Source: Tubulanus polymorphus
Taxonomy: Eukaryota > Animalia > Nemertea
Reading direction: 5' to 3'
Assembly: GCF_964204645.1 (NCBI RefSeq)
Contig: NC_134030.1
Coordinates: forward strand, 13,510,656 to 13,574,655
Length of the DNA: 64,000 nt
A model generated the notes under the pieces. It saw only the letters and a program-made list of their open reading frames with translations, ran no database searches and had not been told where the DNA came from. Numbering within the stretch: the stretch's first letter is position 1; each line of letters starts with the position of its first letter. Shown piece after piece: positions 1-10,663 of this stretch. Position numbers and translations under genes: made by a program.

Positions 1-27
1 TGGTATAAAAACATTACCTTATGGCTA

Positions 28-1323
28 TTAAAACATAAAATCAATATCATCAAACTCGAAATCACTATTGTCTTCTTCATTTTCATATAATTGTTTAGGT
101 TCTTCTTCTATTCCATTTTTTTCATTTAAATAAAGTTCTATCTTGTTCCACATTTCATCTCGCTCTCTTTGTTTCTTTTTGTTTGTTAATTCATCAAATA
201 GAATTATAATATCAAGGTTTAAATAATTTACAATCTTATTTAAAAAGAATTCATAATTTATTGAATCTGTTATTCTATTTTCTAAATGATACATTAATAT
301 TTGTTTGAATATTTTTTTTATATTTTCTATATCTTTTTCTGTTAATTTAGGTTTTTCATAATAATCGTTAAATAATAAATATAAATACATTTTCTTTTGT
401 TTTGTGTTAAATGTTGATGGAATAATTGTTTTTATAATATCTTTTTTAGTTATTTCACCATTTTCATTTTCTATTATTTTCATTTCTTCAAGCCATTGCA
501 TATATTCTGGTGTATGATCTTCTATAGAAAATGTTTTAAAAATTTCATCAAGATAATTTAATTTTGGATCTATGAGAAAATCTCTAGTTTTTTCTTCACC
601 CCATAAATTCCTTTGCCATCCACAATCAACACAAAATAACACAGGACCTTCTTGTCTTAAGGTCGTATAATAACATTGTGGGCATTTTTGTTTATAAATT
701 ATTGGTAATAGATCTTCATTAAGCTCTTGGTATTTTCTTACGTTTTCTTTATGTTTTATTGTTCTATTATGTAGATTTGAATTACTTGATGTAATAATCA
801 ATTTACAATATTTACAATAATATGTTTTTCTTGTTAATTCATTATATTGTTTTCTAACTTTTCAACTGTTTCTTCATTATCTGGTAACGTTTTTTCATAT
901 TTTATTTTTTCTAATATATTATTTTTTCTTTCATTGAATTCAGTTTCAAATTTATTAGAAATTTTATCTATATGTACTTTACGAAATTGATGATTCTCCC
1001 AATCTTCTATATTTTCGGGGTTATATTTTATTTGACAAGGCTCACAGAAATGATCTTTTATTTTATCCTTATCATAGAATAAGAAAGGTCTTTTCCAAAT
1101 AATTTCAGGTTCAACTTCAACAGAATTATTATCAACATTAGCCATTGCACCATTAATTCTACACTTCTCTGAATGTTTTTTAACATAATTTCTTGAGAAT
1201 AATTTATTACAATTTGGGCAGTTTAGTTTAGGGGGTTTATAATTTTCTTCATGTTTTTTCATATGTCGAGCCATATTACTTTTACTTCGAAGTTCACCAC
1301 AAATTTCACATGCTATCTTCCAT
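28..1323 (-). pseudogene. Multi-zinc-finger protein with C-terminal VLTF3 (poxvirus A2)-like domain; frameshifted, joins ORFs 834-1274 and 28-801
   Basis: TAAATG start at 1323. Fingers: CEICG..H..H, CPNC..H..C, CEPC..H..H, and CKYC..H..H (in frame just upstream of 801). These are followed by a CPQC..CVDCG ribbon and PKLTEKDIENIKKIFKQI / SINYEFFLNKIVNYL / KKQRERDEMWNKI, matching the VLTF3 C-terminal pattern. Confidence 0.65.
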
Positions 1324-1391
1324 TTATTAAGGAAAAATTTTATTAAAATTAATTTTTAGTGATGAGCGGTAATTTTTTTATGTTATAAATA

Positions 1392-2147
1392 ATGGTAGAA
1401 TTAAAAGAATACAGAATATTTGTTGATTCTAGAAAACTTACAAATTATAAATCACATTATTTACTAGTACAATTAGATAGAGAATTCAAGAATTGTGTAG
1501 ATTTAAAATTAGTTAATATAAGTTTATGTAATTCTTTTCATAATATATCGAATAAAAGTCTTGATCATTTAGCTTTTAAAATTCATGTTAGAAATTTGAA
1601 TAAATGGTTTCATCTTTATCTAAAACCAGGATTATATAATTTAGAAACATTAGCGCAAGAAATTAATAGAAGAGCTCGTTTAAAAATGGGTGCAGCTGCT
1701 AGATTTGAAATTAAATTTATCAAAAGTGATAGTTCGAATAAAATAAGAATAAAGTTAACTAATGAACAACATAGATTTCTAGTAAGAAAACCTTTAGCTA
1801 AACTGTTTGGAATTCTCCCGGATAGAGATTATTCAAGTATCGAAACTTATACAAATTTAATGACTTTTACACATTTTTATATTTATTGTAATTTAATCAA
1901 TCCTACAAAAACATTTGAAGCAACTAAAGATACAACATGTAATTCTAGTATAGTAAATATTTTACCATTAAAAAATGTTAAACAATTTGGAACGCAAATA
2001 AATTATAATTTAGCTGAATGTGATTTCAAACCTTGTATTCCTCAATTTAATAATTTTAAATTAGAAATAAGAAATCATAATGGATACTTAATTGATTTGA
2101 ATAACTTTCCTGTAATTTATGAATTAGTTATAAGATGTAAAGAGTAA
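1392..2147 (+). CDS. Minor capsid (penton-like) protein
   Basis: 251 aa with IFVDSR..., LKPGLYNL, FYIYCNLI, ILPL and KLEIRNHNGYLIDLN, the single-jelly-roll minor capsid pattern of Polintons/virophages. Homologs in B and C. Confidence 0.75.
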   Translation: MVELKEYRIFVDSRKLTNYKSHYLLVQLDREFKNCVDLKLVNISLCNSFHNISNKSLDHLAFKIHVRNLNKWFHLYLKPGLYNLETLAQEINRRARLKMGAAARFEIKFIKSDSSNKIRIKLTNEQHRFLVRKPLAKLFGILPDRDYSSIETYTNLMTFTHFYIYCNLINPTKTFEATKDTTCNSSIVNILPLKNVKQFGTQINYNLAECDFKPCIPQFNNFKLEIRNHNGYLIDLNNFPVIYELVIRCKE

Positions 2148-2163
2148 TTTTTCGCCTATATAA

Positions 2164-2517
2164 ATGAATATAACTGTTGGACCGAGTATATGTTTTGGGT
2201 TTGATTTTAAACGTGAGAAAGAAATAAAATTTAACATGAATGATGTAATTACACATATCAAAAATATTGCATTTTCTAATGAAACAACATTTGAGTATGA
2301 AACAACAATAGATAAAGAAACTTTAAATGTAGAAAAGATTACTAATTTAATTAGAGAATCTTTAAGATTTTATGAATTAGATGAAGATTTTATCATCGAT
2401 GATATTAAAAAAATAATAATTGAAATATATACAAATGAAACTAGTAATAAAATAAATGTTGAATTAATCATCACTAAGATAACAAAATATTTTGAAGATA
2501 GTAATTTTTTTGATTAA
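2164..2517 (+). CDS. Hypothetical viral protein
   Basis: Intact ORF with TAAATG start; homologs at 18279 and 53759. Confidence 0.6.
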   Translation: MNITVGPSICFGFDFKREKEIKFNMNDVITHIKNIAFSNETTFEYETTIDKETLNVEKITNLIRESLRFYELDEDFIIDDIKKIIIEIYTNETSNKINVELIITKITKYFEDSNFFD

Positions 2518-2520
2518 TAA

Positions 2521-2742
2521 ATGAGTGATAATAAGTGGATAATAACTGGATTATATAATGGCGCATTACTATCAGTTGGAACTGTTGGTAATTCAATGGT
2601 ATTAAAAAAAGTATTCAAAATGGGAAGTGTTAATGTTGATAGATTTGATATCAATGATATTTTGAAATTAACGTTAGCAGTTACTTTATCTAATTTAACA
2701 ATTGATTATTTGGAAAAACAAAAATATATTCCTCCCATATAA
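2521..2742 (+). CDS. Small hydrophobic viral protein
   Basis: 73 aa, hydrophobic segments, TAAATG start; homologs at 18637 and 53417. Confidence 0.6.
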   Translation: MSDNKWIITGLYNGALLSVGTVGNSMVLKKVFKMGSVNVDRFDINDILKLTLAVTLSNLTIDYLEKQKYIPPI

Positions 2743-2766
2743 ATGCATAATTTTTTTGCTAAATAA

Positions 2767-3189
2767 ATGGCTTCTGCAATTATAACTATTATAGGATCGG
2801 CAATTGTTAACGCTTTAGCATTTACTGGTGGTGGTTATTTATTTAAACATATTGATAAAAATAGTTCATTAGGAGAACAAAGAAGACATAACTTAGCGTT
2901 AGAGAAATACAATAAAGCTGCAGAAGAATATAGAGAAAAGAGACAAAACTATATGGATTACATCAATAAAGAATTATATGATCAGAAGATTTCACATAGA
3001 GATTTTCAATCAGTTGATGATGCAATGAGTTTATATAACGCAGTAACAAATAAAGAAAAATTACATCTATACAAACCTAAATTACCAGATTATTATACCC
3101 CAAGTAAAGAACAACAGAAATATGAAATAATTTGGATTTTAGGTGGAACAGTTATTGTTATATTTGTTGCTTATAAGTTTACTAATTAG
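2767..3189 (+). CDS. Small membrane protein with coiled coil
   Basis: N- and C-terminal hydrophobic helices; homologs at 18856 and 53171. Confidence 0.7.
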   Translation: MASAIITIIGSAIVNALAFTGGGYLFKHIDKNSSLGEQRRHNLALEKYNKAAEEYREKRQNYMDYINKELYDQKISHRDFQSVDDAMSLYNAVTNKEKLHLYKPKLPDYYTPSKEQQKYEIIWILGGTVIVIFVAYKFTN

Positions 3190-3208
3190 TAATTTTTATT
3201 CTAAATAA

Positions 3209-3643
3209 ATGGAAGATAAAGTTGATAGCATTGATATTATTCCTCATGATATAAATAAAACTAAATTAAAAACATATTTAGAAAAACAAATATTAGAATT
3301 TGAAAGTGACTTAAAGATAAAAAAGAAAAAATATTTAAAAAGTAAAATTATATATTATTTGATTATAAGTGGTTCGGTTACAATTAGTTCTGTAATAACA
3401 TTTTTAGCAATATTCAGCCCATTAACACCTTTAGCTATTTCAATTGGTGTATTAGGATTAAGTTCAAGTGTTTTAACCGGTATAAGTTCAAAATTAAATA
3501 TAAAAAGTAATAAAGAAAAAATTAAAACTAATATAAAAGAAATTAATAAATTAAAGAATACACTAGATTATATAATAAGTTTAAATGGCCATATAACAGT
3601 TGAAGAACAAGATAAATTATTAAAAGAATTAATAAATTATTAA
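3209..3643 (+). CDS. Two-TM membrane protein
   Basis: Two adjacent hydrophobic helices flanked by coiled coils; homologs at 19298 and 52288. Confidence 0.7.
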   Translation: MEDKVDSIDIIPHDINKTKLKTYLEKQILEFESDLKIKKKKYLKSKIIYYLIISGSVTISSVITFLAIFSPLTPLAISIGVLGLSSSVLTGISSKLNIKSNKEKIKTNIKEINKLKNTLDYIISLNGHITVEEQDKLLKELINY

Positions 3644-3659
3644 TTTTTTAGTTATATAA

Positions 3660-4961
3660 ATGGGGTTTCCAAAAGCTTTCCAATATAATAAATCAATTAA
3701 ATATAATATTCCGGCAATAGATTTTAAGAAAAATATTACGTATAAAAATGTAGTTTTAAATTCATTAACTAATTTAGAAATTTATGTTACTGAATCACAG
3801 TTTTTTATTTCTAAAATGGAAAATATATTTAATACATATGAAGTTACTTTTACTCGAGATGAATATCATATATATAAAGTAAAATCTAATATGAAATATT
3901 GGCAGAATCAATTAAATTTTGCTGTTTATTGTGCAACAACAGGATGTGGAATAAGTTGGAATGATAATTTAAATAACTTAGATAAAAATTTGAAGTATTC
4001 TGATTTAAAATTAATTCACACAATATTTAGATTTCACACATATTTTCAAATCAGAATTATATTAAATGAATTAGAATGTCCTTTACCCGGGTCTAAATAT
4101 TTTAAAGAATTGGATAATAATATTAATATATCCAAGTTTTATAAAATATGTAATGAATTTAATATAAATATTAATTCCGATTTCAGAGCGCATGGTAAAT
4201 TGCAAGGTGTTGGTGAACAGTATGAAATAAAAAGAATTGATTATATGCATAGAATTGGAGCTTATCATAATTATAAAATTGATAATAATAATGGTTGGGT
4301 TAATTTCATTTTAGAAAATGGTGAAGGTTTTACAAAATCAGGTATACAAAGAATAAATCAATCTATTAGAATTTATTTGATATGTATTTTAGGCGCTCAA
4401 GTTGAAACAAGATCCCCAATAATTGGAAATGATAACACTTCATTCGATGCGCAGAAACAGTTTAAAGTTTTATTTGAAGATTCAATTCATAATGATAAAA
4501 ATAGATCGATTCCAGAAAACATTATAAGATATCAAAATTATTTAGATAAATCTCATGTAAGACTTAATTATTGTATAGGCCCTAATCTATTAATTATTTC
4601 TAATGATTTAGTATTAAAGATGGGAAACATAATTGGTTATAATAATCTAATTAAAACTGCAACAATAAATAATTCATTTGGATTAAATGATATAAATAAA
4701 AAGATTATTACTGCTCCAAAATTAATGGAAGGTGAAAAAAATAAAAAACACATTCAATCAACTGAAACTAAAACTAATAATATTAAATTGGATAATGATT
4801 CCAAAATAAAAGATTACAATACTACAGAAAATATTAAAACTGATAATATTCAACATGATATAATTAAAACTGATAATGATAATAAATCCCATGAAAATAC
4901 TAAATTAGCTATAACTTGTATAGGAATTGTAATCGGAGGAATATTATATTTTAAATTTTAA
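3660..4961 (+). CDS. Conserved viral protein with C-terminal TM anchor
   Basis: 433 aa intact, YWQNQLNFAVYCATTGCGIS motif, C-terminal hydrophobic tail; broken homologs in B and C. Confidence 0.7.
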   Translation: MGFPKAFQYNKSIKYNIPAIDFKKNITYKNVVLNSLTNLEIYVTESQFFISKMENIFNTYEVTFTRDEYHIYKVKSNMKYWQNQLNFAVYCATTGCGISWNDNLNNLDKNLKYSDLKLIHTIFRFHTYFQIRIILNELECPLPGSKYFKELDNNINISKFYKICNEFNININSDFRAHGKLQGVGEQYEIKRIDYMHRIGAYHNYKIDNNNGWVNFILENGEGFTKSGIQRINQSIRIYLICILGAQVETRSPIIGNDNTSFDAQKQFKVLFEDSIHNDKNRSIPENIIRYQNYLDKSHVRLNYCIGPNLLIISNDLVLKMGNIIGYNNLIKTATINNSFGLNDINKKIITAPKLMEGEKNKKHIQSTETKTNNIKLDNDSKIKDYNTTENIKTDNIQHDIIKTDNDNKSHENTKLAITCIGIVIGGILYFKF

Positions 4962-4978
4962 TTTTTTTTATTATATAA

Positions 4979-6417
4979 ATGGATGTAGAAGGTGGAGAAG
5001 ATATTGGAATGGATAATTTTGATGAACCTGACATAACTGATGAACAACCACCTGATTTTGATGAAACAAGTTTCAGTAACGAAAATGAAACAGCATATAA
5101 TTCTAATTTAGCAAGACCTGATACTAATGAATATGTTAATAAAGCACGTTCAAGATTGGACATTGAAAATGAAAATCCAGATTTAATGAAAAAAGAACTA
5201 GAATATGACGAATTAACAGATAAATTCAAACCAATATTAGAAAAATCTGGATTCAATATAACAAATAAAGGTGTGAATTATTTAGTAAAAGATTTGAAAT
5301 ATTTAAATGGTGATTATTATTGGCATTTGAAAGATGACTATTATTTTAAGATTTCTTCTAATAAAAGTCTTGATAAAATAATAACAAAATCAACTTTTAT
5401 TAAATTAGAACAATCTAGAATTAAGAAAATCAATAATGATGTTATAACTGTTGTTACAGAAGAAGAGATAAATCAAAATAGAAGAGAATTTAATCGAAGA
5501 AATAATGATTTTTTGAAGATAATTAATGAAAATTTTGAACCAGAAACAATTCCTAAAGAAGATAAAACTTCCAAAACTAGTACACCTAATTCAAGAGAAA
5601 TTCAAACTAAAAAACTTTTACCGAAGGGATTACTTGATGCAACAGATCAACAATTAGAAGATTTAAATATATTTTCTGATAAAGCAATTAGAGAAATTAT
5701 TAGTATAAGACTTGCATCTGATAAAATTGCGCATGATAAAAGTATAAGAGATTTTAAAATTAGAACTTGATAAAAGAATTAACTGGTAAAAATAAAGAAA
5801 TAGAACAATTAAAGTCTGATTTAGATCATCAAGTAATTGATGAAATAGAATATAAGCAAAAAGAATTACGTTTAGAAAAAGAAATAGATGATTTAAAATA
5901 TAACAAAGAATTACAAAAAGAAGAAAGAGATACATTGTTAAAATCATATGATTATAATATTAATAGATTAAAAGTTATTTTTAAAGATTTGTTGATTAAA
6001 CCAAATCCTGAAATATCATTAAAAGACAGAATAAGATTATTATTTAAATTAGAAGGAATAACAATTCTTTCAATTCTAACAGCTGTAACTATGTTATTTA
6101 CAACAATTGGTTTAGCAATATCAAATGCTTTGAAATCTACTCCTACTCCCAATAAACCAGATAAACCTCCAGGCAATAATTCTATACAAGATAAAGTTAA
6201 GGATGGTTTAAAAAAATTAGCAAAATATTTATGGGAACTATCTAAAAAATCTGCTGCAGCTTTACCAGGAGTTATTGCTTCAATTGTTGGTTTTATATTG
6301 AAATCTGCAGGAAACATTCTTAACTTTGCCGCTGAACATATTATTTTATTTTTAATTACAGTTGTAAGTGCTATTATTTTTGGGTTAGTAAACATGATAT
6401 CAAAAAATATCAAGTAA
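4979..6417 (+). pseudogene. Acidic N-terminus, coiled-coil, C-terminal membrane protein (frameshift near 5768)
   Basis: ORFs 4979-5770 and 5767-6417 together match the single ORF 49547-50932; 1-bp deletion relative to copy B. Confidence 0.75.
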
Positions 6418-6458
6418 ACCATGATAAAAAATAAATAATTAATTTTTTTGTTAAATAA

Positions 6459-7706
6459 ATGAGTGGGAGTTATATAAGTCCTTCTAAGATTTCTAGAATA
6501 TCTAATGCTATTAAAGCAGAAAGATCACATCATATAATTACTCATAACCCTTCAAATATTAATCTCGATGAAACTTTATATGTTAGAATTCCTAGATTAA
6601 CACAAAATACTTTTTATGTTCCAAACAGTATTTATTTATCAGCTGATATAAAAGTAACTGGCCATGATAACAATTATGTTGTTGATAATGTTGGGAGATA
6701 TTTGATTAAAAAATTAATTATAAAGATTGGTCCAGAAACAGTTTTCTCATTAGATGATTATAATTTATTTATGCATTATAAAGATTTATGGTTAACTAAA
6801 GAAAATAGAAATAATATGATATTCCAAGGTATTCAATCGGTAAACCAAAATAAATTAAGATCTGAAGCCAATAATGCAGTAGTAGCTAATGACGTAGATA
6901 ATTTGATTAAAAAGATTTATGGAAGCAAATATAAAATTCCATTAGATTTTGAATTGATAAATAATAATGCACCTTTATATAAATACGCAATTCAAGAAGA
7001 TATTATATTTGAGATAACATTTGCTCCTGTAAATGAAATTGTATTATCTAGCGTTGTTAAAGATATGGGTTATAGATTATCGAATATATGTTTAGAATAT
7101 AACACAGTAACTAATGAAAATATTGCTAGCACAATTCAAACTCAATACAATCAAGGATTTTCATTATTATATGATTATATTGATAAATTTAAAACTGTAA
7201 CTATTAATGCAAATGATGAAATAATTAATGAGAATATTAACTTTCCTAGAAGATCTATTAAAGGTATATTAATATTTTTTACCATTGCAACATATTCTAA
7301 TGGCGCAATAAATGTTGATAATTATTATAATCCTGAAATAACAAAAGTAGAAATAACTATCGAAGGAATAGCGAATAAAATATTTTGCCAAGGAATGAGA
7401 ATGATTGATCAATGGCCAGAAATTAGAAAACATTTTATGAACGAAAAAGTGAAATCATCTGAAAATTGTAATATTAATCAAATTGATTATTATACTGGTA
7501 ATAAATATGCATTATGGTTAGATTTTAGAACAACAGAGGATAATTCATTACATGGTTCTGGAAAAAAACTACAGAACACTAAAGATGGAATACAATTATT
7601 CATGAAAAAGAAAAAAGGAATCAAAAATTTTAAAATGCACATTTATATTATATCTGACGCGCAATTAAATATTGTAAATTCACAATTAGATAGTATTCAA
7701 TATTAG
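6459..7706 (+). CDS. Major capsid protein (double jelly-roll, Polinton-like)
   Basis: 415 aa, beta-rich, intact, located between the membrane-protein module and the integrase; NPS, YKIPLDF, LWLDFR motifs; three copies in the window. Confidence 0.75.
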   Translation: MSGSYISPSKISRISNAIKAERSHHIITHNPSNINLDETLYVRIPRLTQNTFYVPNSIYLSADIKVTGHDNNYVVDNVGRYLIKKLIIKIGPETVFSLDDYNLFMHYKDLWLTKENRNNMIFQGIQSVNQNKLRSEANNAVVANDVDNLIKKIYGSKYKIPLDFELINNNAPLYKYAIQEDIIFEITFAPVNEIVLSSVVKDMGYRLSNICLEYNTVTNENIASTIQTQYNQGFSLLYDYIDKFKTVTINANDEIINENINFPRRSIKGILIFFTIATYSNGAINVDNYYNPEITKVEITIEGIANKIFCQGMRMIDQWPEIRKHFMNEKVKSSENCNINQIDYYTGNKYALWLDFRTTEDNSLHGSGKKLQNTKDGIQLFMKKKKGIKNFKMHIYIISDAQLNIVNSQLDSIQY

Positions 7707-7736
7707 AAATATAAAGTTAAAATTAAGGATATATAA

Positions 7737-8864
7737 ATGGGTGGTAAAAAAACTCCTAATACTAAAGAACAATATTTAAGAAATTTATATTACAACCCTG
7801 AGAGTTCGGTTGCTTATTCTTCTACTAAAAATATATGGCGTAAAGTAAAACAAGATAAATTAGATAAGCTAATCCCACAAAATTTAGTTAAATATAAAGA
7901 TATAAATGAATTTATGTTAGAACAACCAACGTATACAACACATAAAAAAATTGTTAGAAAATATAAAACTCGTAAAACTATGGTAAGTTATGTAGATCAA
8001 CAGTGGCAAGGAGATTTAATTGATATGAAAAATCTTTAAAAAGATAATAATGATTATTGGTGGATATTGAATATAATTGATATTTTTAGTCGTTATGTAT
8101 GGAGCTTCCCACTTTATAGAAAAGATGCTGCACAAACATCACATGTTTTAAGAAAATTTCTTTCAGGTGGTAAACTAAAACCAGAAAAAATTCAATTTGA
8201 TGATGGAAAAGAATTTGATAATTCATTAGTTCATGGACTTTTAGATTTTCATAATATTAAATATTTTTCGACAAAATCGGATAAAAAAGCAGCAGTTGTT
8301 GAACGATTTAATAGAACATTAAGAACAAGAATGTGGAAATATTTTACAGCAAATAATACTTTTAAATGGATTGATGTTTTACCAAAATTTATAGAAGGAT
8401 ATAATAATTCTTATCATTCTTCTATTGGAATGAAACCTATTGATGCTAGAAAACCTGAAAATGCTGAAATTGTTTGGAATAATTTATATGGAGCATTTCT
8501 TGTTGATGATTTTGGTGAACCTAAATTTAAAGTTGGTCAAAATGTTAGAATTTCTAAGTATAAAAAGATATTTGATAAAGGATACGATCGAAATTTTACT
8601 AGAGAAATATATAAAATAAAAAAGGTAATAACAACTAAACCATATTTCTATAAATTAGAAGATTTAGATGGTGAAGAAGTTGATGGCTACTTTTACGAAG
8701 AAGAATTAAGTTTAACTACTGAAAATCTAGAACAAGAATATAAAATTGAAAAAGTATTAAAAACAAAAACTATTAAAAGAAAATAATATTCTTTAGTAAA
8801 ATGGGTTGGATGGCCAGATAAATTTAATGAATGGATATTATCAAGTAAAATTAAAAATATATAA
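7737..8864 (+). pseudogene. rve (DDE) integrase with C-terminal chromodomain, two in-frame stops
   Basis: QWQGDLIDM, IDIFSRY, QFDDGKEF, VERFNRTL, LVKWVGWPDKFNEW; stops at 8037 and 8784. Confidence 0.92.
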
Positions 8865-9473
8865 ATGAATAAGGAATTATTTATATTTGAGCCTCATAAT
8901 ATGTTAATTTCTGGTGTAACAAATTGTGGAAAAACTTATTTTATATTAAATTTATTAGAAACTGTTTATGAAAACTAGTTTGATAATATAGTATTATTTT
9001 GTCCAACATATGAATTTAATCAAACTTATAATAGAAATATTACTAGAAATAATAAATTTATTATATTAGATCCTAAAACAGTAAAAGAAAATTTAGATAA
9101 TTGTATAAAAATAGCAATTGATATTTATAAAGGATCAAATACATTATTCATTATAGATGATTGTGCTAATCTACATGATTCAATAGTTAGAGAAAGTGAG
9201 TTATGTTATTTAGCTTTTTCTGGCAGACATTTTGGGATAACAACTTGGGTTTTAAATCAAAAATATAATTCAATTGTTAAAGACTTTAGAGAAAACATTA
9301 GATTTCTAGTTTTATTCTACAATAAAGATAGAAAATCGATGAAAAATGCACTTGAGGAAAATGATATTATTCCACATGATTTACATAATGAATATATGGA
9401 TAAGTTGAAAAATATTAAAAGATCAAAATTACTATTTAGATTACAACACCCATTTAAATATGAATTTATTTAA
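8865..9473 (+). pseudogene. A32/FtsK-type packaging ATPase, one premature stop
   Basis: Walker A GVTNCGKT, Walker B FIIDD, GRH motif; TAG near 8976. Not in the ORF track. Confidence 0.9.
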
Positions 9474-9474
9474 A

Positions 9475-9730
9475 TTCAATTAGTTTGTTAATCTAGTTGA
9501 ATTCTAGTTATTAGTAGTTGTAACAAAAATCAAATAGATTTAACAATATTTTAACTAGCTTGTTAATCTAGTTTAATTCTAATTACATTCTAGTTGAATT
9601 CTAGTTGTTAGAAGTTGAAACAAAAATCAACTAGAATGTAACTAGAAATAAACAAAAACAACAATATTTCAACTAGCTTGTTAATCTAGTTGAATTCTAG
9701 TTACATTCTAGTTAAATTCTAGTTGCAACA
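9475..9730. repeat. CTAG/GAATTC-rich imperfect direct and inverted repeats
   Basis: Repeated TTAATCTAGTTGAATTCTAGTTA units plus an inverted unit; homolog at ~34120-34305. Confidence 0.7.
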
Positions 9731-9756
9731 TCACAACTAATTTTTTTGTTATATAA

Positions 9757-10362
9757 ATGGTAGGTGAAAAGAAAATAAAATCTAAAAATGGTGATGTTCC
9801 AATTGAAAAAACTTTAGATGATTTAGGAATAACAGAAACAAAATTAACTCCAGATGATGGTGCTTTAAATAATGTTACAACAAATAATAATTATGAATAT
9901 TATCTTTATTGTAAACATCAATTAGAAATATTAATAGCATCTGGAAAATGTAAAAATTTTGCCGGTAAAAATTTAACTTATAATGAATTAGATACAGTGA
10001 AATCAGATGAAATTATTAGATTATTCAAGATTTATGAAGCCGCGAGAACAGCTAGAATTAATGACGCGATATCAGAAAATGTAGTAAAAGGTTATAGTAA
10101 ATTATGTAATTATATACTACCAATTGAAAATGAAAATAGATTATATTCCGATTTAAAAAATGATTATTTAGTTATGACTGAATTAAATAAATGGATTGGA
10201 TATTTATCATTTCAATTAGGTGGATTTATGACATTATTATCAACTGGGGTTATAACATTTTCAAATATTGAAAGTAAAAATATTTCTATAATAAATGAGC
10301 GAGGTGAAAGAAGTGAAGGAATTAACTGTGAAGAAAAAACCGAGAACTCAGAAACAAATTGA
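9757..10362 (+). CDS. Conserved viral protein with C-terminal hydrophobic segment
   Basis: YEYYLYCKH and DLKNDYLVMTEL conserved in four copies (9757, 29193, 33655, 41849). Confidence 0.7.
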   Translation: MVGEKKIKSKNGDVPIEKTLDDLGITETKLTPDDGALNNVTTNNNYEYYLYCKHQLEILIASGKCKNFAGKNLTYNELDTVKSDEIIRLFKIYEAARTARINDAISENVVKGYSKLCNYILPIENENRLYSDLKNDYLVMTELNKWIGYLSFQLGGFMTLLSTGVITFSNIESKNISIINERGERSEGINCEEKTENSETN

Positions 10363-10663
10363 ATGGTCTCGACAATTAGGAATTAAATCACAAGAATATA
10401 AAAAAGCTGTAAAAGAAAAAATAAGTAATAAAAATGTTAATAAAAATGGTGAAAATATTGTTATTTCTACTCCTTCTGATAGTAGAATATTTGATAAATA
10501 TTTATATTTTACAGTTGGATTTGTAATTGTATTCATTTTGATTGGGTGTAATTGGTATAAGAAATCAAATAAAATTCATGATATTAGTAATTCTGAACCA
10601 ACTGCTATCAAAAATGAAAATACTTCTGAAATTCCAAAATTAATAATAAAAAAAATGGATTAA
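10295..10663 (+). CDS. Basic N-terminus, single-TM protein
   Basis: KQIEWSRQLG motif plus TM helix; homologs at 33231, 42456 and 26600-29187. Confidence 0.65.
   Translation: MSEVKEVKELTVKKKPRTQKQIEWSRQLGIKSQEYKKAVKEKISNKNVNKNGENIVISTPSDSRIFDKYLYFTVGFVIVFILIGCNWYKKSNKIHDISNSEPTAIKNENTSEIPKLIIKKMD

Noticed and set aside
5760-5775. Programmed frameshift or readthrough to explain split genes
   Set aside because: Lesions fall at different positions in each copy, consistent with neutral decay or sequencing error rather than recoding.
4083-6422. Minus-strand ORFs 4083-4268, 4951-5256, 5663-5947, 5952-6422 (and equivalents at 22008-22551, 47403-47789, 49566-50237)
   Set aside because: Antisense shadows of AT-rich coding genes, with no motifs and no TAAATG start.
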